DNA of 64,000 nucleotides from Bacillota bacterium (GTDB lineage Bacteria > Bacillota > Dehalobacteriia > UBA4068 > UBA4997): contig JAETTP010000005.1 in assembly GCA_021769035.1 (NCBI GenBank), positions 1,519 to 65,518 on the forward strand. The letters are read 5' to 3'. Numbering within the stretch: position 1 is the first letter of the stretch; each line of letters starts with the position of its first letter. Of the stretch, positions 61,320-64,000 are shown one piece after another. The position numbers and the translations under genes were made by a program. The notes beneath the pieces are model-generated. The model made no database searches. It was not told the origin of the DNA and was given only the letters and a program-made list of their open reading frames with translations.

Positions 61320-61538
61320 TGTATAGCCTCTTTTCTTTTTTTATAAAATAGCCAAAGAGGTGTTAAAGCCTCTTGTCTTTTTATATAGAATGGCATAAGT
61401 GGCGGCTGTTTATCCCAAAATAAATAATAAAAAATCCTAAACAAATAAAGGATTTTATTTGTTTTTGTAGAAATATAATGTTTTGACGAATTATGGATTA
61501 TGATTACTACTACTAGCCGCAAAGCGAGGAATAAACTA

Positions 61539-62702
61539 ATGAAAAGCAAACCAGATCGGCCAATATTTTCTTACCGATTTAAAAAAGTTTTAGCCCTGTT
61601 TATACTGATGTTTATGCTGATTATACCCGGCAAGATTACGTTCGCCAGCACCATTCAGATTTTCATTGACGAGGAACTGCTGCTGACCGATGTGGAGCCG
61701 CAGCTGCTTAACGGCCGCACCTACTTGCCCCTGCGTGCCTGCGCGGAGGCCTTAAGCGCCACGCTGGACTACGACAGCGCCAGCAAAAAAATCACAATTA
61801 TGCATGAGGGCACGGAAATCCACCTGACGGTGGGCCAAACCACGGCCAGCATAAACGGCCAGGAATACACGATCGACGCCAAACCATTTTTAATGAACGA
61901 TTTTACCCTGGTGCCGGTGCGTTTCATCAGCGAGGCCCTGCATTGCCTGGTGGAATGGGAGCCGCAAACCCTCTCCGTTTTCATCTACACCGATTCCGAC
62001 ACGCCAATACACGCCGGGCAATTCACCCCCTCGCCGGACGAGAGCATTCCCCAGGTGGAAAATATTGCTATTGAGGCGTTGCAGCAAATTAACAACATTC
62101 GCCAAAGCAAAAAGCTGGAAACCTTTGTCACCCTGAGCGAACTGGTTTCTATCGCGGACGAGCACAACCAGGATATGGCGCAGAACGCTTACTTCTCCAC
62201 CAATTCGCCCAGCCAGGGCAGCCCTGCCAAACGAGCCCAGGCTTTCAATCTACAAGCAACCTCGGAGGTTATTGCCAAGATCAACTACGATTTAAGCACT
62301 GTCACTTCCGCCATCTCCGCTTGGCTGAACGATCCCACCACCAACGCCATTTTGCTTAATCCCTCGGCCGCTTACATTGGCGTTTCTGCCTATCGCTCCC
62401 CCGGCAGCAATGAGGTTTATCTGACGGCGGAAGTGCTGCCCACCCGCGCTTATTTCATTGACACGCCGCAGCACCTAACCACCAGCGAAGCCAAACTGAC
62501 CCTGAACGGCCGCAGCGCCGCCCGGCAGGAGGTTATCACTATCTACAAGCTTTCCAACAGCAGCCAGTCCATGTACAGCGCCAAAAAAAGCCAGACGGTG
62601 ACCGTCAACAACACTTACTTTTTCAGTGACATTGAACTTTGGGAACCGGGATCCTATGTTATCAACATAGCCAACTGCAATATTTATGTTACCTATAAAT
62701 AA
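61539..62702 (+). CDS. Secreted protein with copper-amine-oxidase N-terminal (stalk) domain and CAP domain
   Basis: NGRTYLPLR, TLVPVRFISEAL; CAP motifs IN.IR, H..DMA..YFS, WL.....AILL, IGV. Confidence 0.85.
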   Translation: MKSKPDRPIFSYRFKKVLALFILMFMLIIPGKITFASTIQIFIDEELLLTDVEPQLLNGRTYLPLRACAEALSATLDYDSASKKITIMHEGTEIHLTVGQTTASINGQEYTIDAKPFLMNDFTLVPVRFISEALHCLVEWEPQTLSVFIYTDSDTPIHAGQFTPSPDESIPQVENIAIEALQQINNIRQSKKLETFVTLSELVSIADEHNQDMAQNAYFSTNSPSQGSPAKRAQAFNLQATSEVIAKINYDLSTVTSAISAWLNDPTTNAILLNPSAAYIGVSAYRSPGSNEVYLTAEVLPTRAYFIDTPQHLTTSEAKLTLNGRSAARQEVITIYKLSNSSQSMYSAKKSQTVTVNNTYFFSDIELWEPGSYVINIANCNIYVTYK

Positions 62703-62726
62703 ATGCAATAACTATGAGGTGATTTT

Positions 62727-63236
62727 TTGCTCAAGAAACTAACCCGCGTTGATATAGCTATTTTCAACTTTTGCAATAAAAAACTGAAGTGCCGCCTGCT
62801 GGACTGGATTATGCCAATTTTCACCCACCTGGCCGGTTTCGCTTCAGTAGTCGGTATCTGCCTTTACTTTATGCTTTTCATTCCCTCGGTGCCCGGCACC
62901 AACATATTGGGCGCGGTGTTTTTTGCTCAGTTGTCCGCCCAAAGCATTAAATTCGTTTTTAAAAGAGTGCGCCCGCACATCAAACTGCCGGACGTCAACA
63001 TTTTCAGTAAGCTTATGCAATATGACCCCTCGTTTCCCAGCGCCCACACCGCCACCATCTGCGCCTTGGCCGGCGTAATCACTCTGCTACACCCCTGGGC
63101 CTTTCCTTTGTTGCTGCCTGTTTGCGCCCTGGTTGGCCTTTCTCGCATTTATCTAGGCCAGCATTATCCCGGCGACGTGCTTTTTGGCGCAGTTATCGGC
63201 TGCATTTCTGCTGAGCTTTCCTGTTTGATTTTTTAG
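62727..63236 (+). CDS. PAP2-family phosphatase
   Basis: K....R.RP, SFPSAH, SRIYLGQHYPGDV. Confidence 0.92.
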   Translation: MLKKLTRVDIAIFNFCNKKLKCRLLDWIMPIFTHLAGFASVVGICLYFMLFIPSVPGTNILGAVFFAQLSAQSIKFVFKRVRPHIKLPDVNIFSKLMQYDPSFPSAHTATICALAGVITLLHPWAFPLLLPVCALVGLSRIYLGQHYPGDVLFGAVIGCISAELSCLIF

Positions 63237-63247
63237 CAAAAAAACTC

Positions 63248-63276
63248 TTGCAAATATTGCTGGAGTATGCTATTAT
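63248..63276 (+). promoter_or_regulatory. Sigma-A promoter of the tRNA locus
   Basis: TTGCAA-17-TATTAT with extended TG. Confidence 0.7.
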
Positions 63277-63295
63277 TTTATGGTGATAACGTTAT

Positions 63296-63342
63296 GGAAG
63301 CGTATCGAAGCGGTCATAACGAGAACGACTCGAAATCGTGTG
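63296..63342 (+). pseudogene. Truncated tRNA-Ser(CGA), 5' half only
   Basis: GGAAGCG-TA-TCGAAGCGGTCATAACGA (D arm)-G-AACGA-CTCGAAA-TCGTG (anticodon arm). No variable arm, T arm or 3' acceptor strand. Confidence 0.8.
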
Positions 63343-63372
63343 TTTTACTCATAAAATTGAATAATTATACTT

Positions 63373-63461
63373 GGAGATGTATCGAAGTGGTCATAACGGG
63401 GCGCACTCGAAATGCGTTAGCCCTAACGGGCTCGTGGGTTCGAATCCCACCATCTCCGCCA
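63373..63461 (+). tRNA. tRNA-Ser(CGA)
   Basis: Acceptor GGAGATG/CATCTCC, anticodon arm GCGCA-CTCGAAA-TGCGT, long variable arm AGCCC-TAAC-GGGCT, T arm GTGGG-TTCGAAT-CCCAC, 3' GCCA. Confidence 0.97.
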
Positions 63462-63463
63462 TT

Positions 63464-63498
63464 AAAAGCCTTATCAAGTCTACCTTGATAAGGCTTTT
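63464..63498. terminator. Bidirectional terminator after the tRNA
   Basis: Perfect 15-bp inverted repeat AAAAGCCTTATCAAG/CTTGATAAGGCTTTT. Confidence 0.85.
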
Positions 63499-63552
63499 CC
63501 CTTGCCTGCAAAATAGTACATATCCATCTCCTTTCTACCAAAATAGTGCCAA

Positions 63553-63638
63553 TGGCGCCCAACTTTTCAGGACACCGCAATTTTTGCCTATTTTTTTTTA
63601 TACTACAAACTGTATGCTGTGGCGCCCTTGTGGCGCCC
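63553..63638 (+). repeat. Putative integrase arm-binding direct repeats
   Basis: TGTGGCGCCC at 63618-63627 and 63629-63638; TGGCGCCC at 63553-63560. Confidence 0.6.
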
Positions 63639-63692
63639 AAATCCCTTAAAATCATATAAAGAGCAGCGAAAAACTATAAACAGATATATCTG

Positions 63693-64000
63693 TCAACGCT
63701 CAACTTCGTTGTTTTTCTTTCTGGTTTTTTTCTTTGCAGATTTATCCTCAACCTCCTTTTCTGCATTATTTTTTTGTTGATGTAAAGCCTTGTGATAAAT
63801 TTCCAATACCGACTTCTTGCGCTCCAACCGCACTTCAACATACTGCGCCGTTACAGCCTCCAGATTAGTGGAAATACCTAAAGACATACCAATACCTTTA
63901 AGGGTATGCCCCAAAATCTCACCCACTGTATAAAAATCACCCGTAAGTTGGTGCATATTGGTGGCTGCCGAATGCCGCAAATCGTGAAAACGAATATGCG
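63693..64000 (-). CDS. Tyrosine recombinase / integrase, C-terminal part (partial)
   Basis: RIRFHDLRHSAAT (HxxR), LGH, VTAQY catalytic Tyr; the frame continues off the window. Confidence 0.92.
   Translation of the reverse strand, partial: HIRFHDLRHSAATNMHQLTGDFYTVGEILGHTLKGIGMSLGISTNLEAVTAQYVEVRLERKKSVLEIYHKALHQQKNNAEKEVEDKSAKKKTRKKNNEVER

Larger units (their letters stand above)
63462..64000. mobile_element. Edge of a tRNA-Ser-targeting integrative element (ICE, IME or prophage; partial)
   Basis: Integrase converging on the tRNA 3' end, drop in GC, TGGCGCCC direct repeats resembling arm sites. Confidence 0.75.

Noticed and set aside
63267..63655. Short ORFs over the tRNA locus
   Set aside because: They overlap the tRNA and terminator and are spurious.

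Overview
A 64-kb chromosomal segment from a GC-rich Clostridia-class Firmicute. The taxonomy is inferred from SLH proteins, a sortase substrate, DnaD, ThrR, YabO and sporulation-type promoters. Most genes lie on the minus strand. 1-23.6 kb is a regulatory and cell-surface region. It holds an XRE-desulfoferrodoxin/LytTR/probable-kinase operon, a MalT-like LuxR regulator next to a BspA-like LRR-SLH protein, and a DASS transporter. It also holds a ~2,600-codon SLH adhesin gene broken by two in-frame stops and one 2-bp frameshift, an LPXTG-type protein, an amidase and an O-antigen-ligase-family gene. 23.8-63.2 kb is mostly core genome: thrR-hom-thrB-lysC, folC-maf-mreBCD, trkA-trkH-dnaD, ilvD-ilvN-ilvB-paaI-argS-pyrG-fem-alr-hup-yabO, priA, Fe-ADH, an ABC exporter pair and metA. 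The window ends with an orphan 5' half of a tRNA-Ser(CGA), an intact tRNA-Ser(CGA), and the 3' end of a tyrosine integrase, marking the edge of an integrative element. The most notable observations are: (1) a PyrG lacking its glutaminase Cys and one conserved synthetase Asp, linked to a Fem ligase and a divergent racemase; (2) the half-tRNA/tRNA/integrase junction; (3) the interrupted adhesin with a repeated HxH..CLNG..DC module; (4) a perfect internal RBS in the XRE-desulfoferrodoxin fusion; (5) an unannotated 52-aa ORF with a SigG-like promoter. No CRISPR array, reverse transcriptase, IS element or rRNA was seen. All calls were made by eye without database searches.
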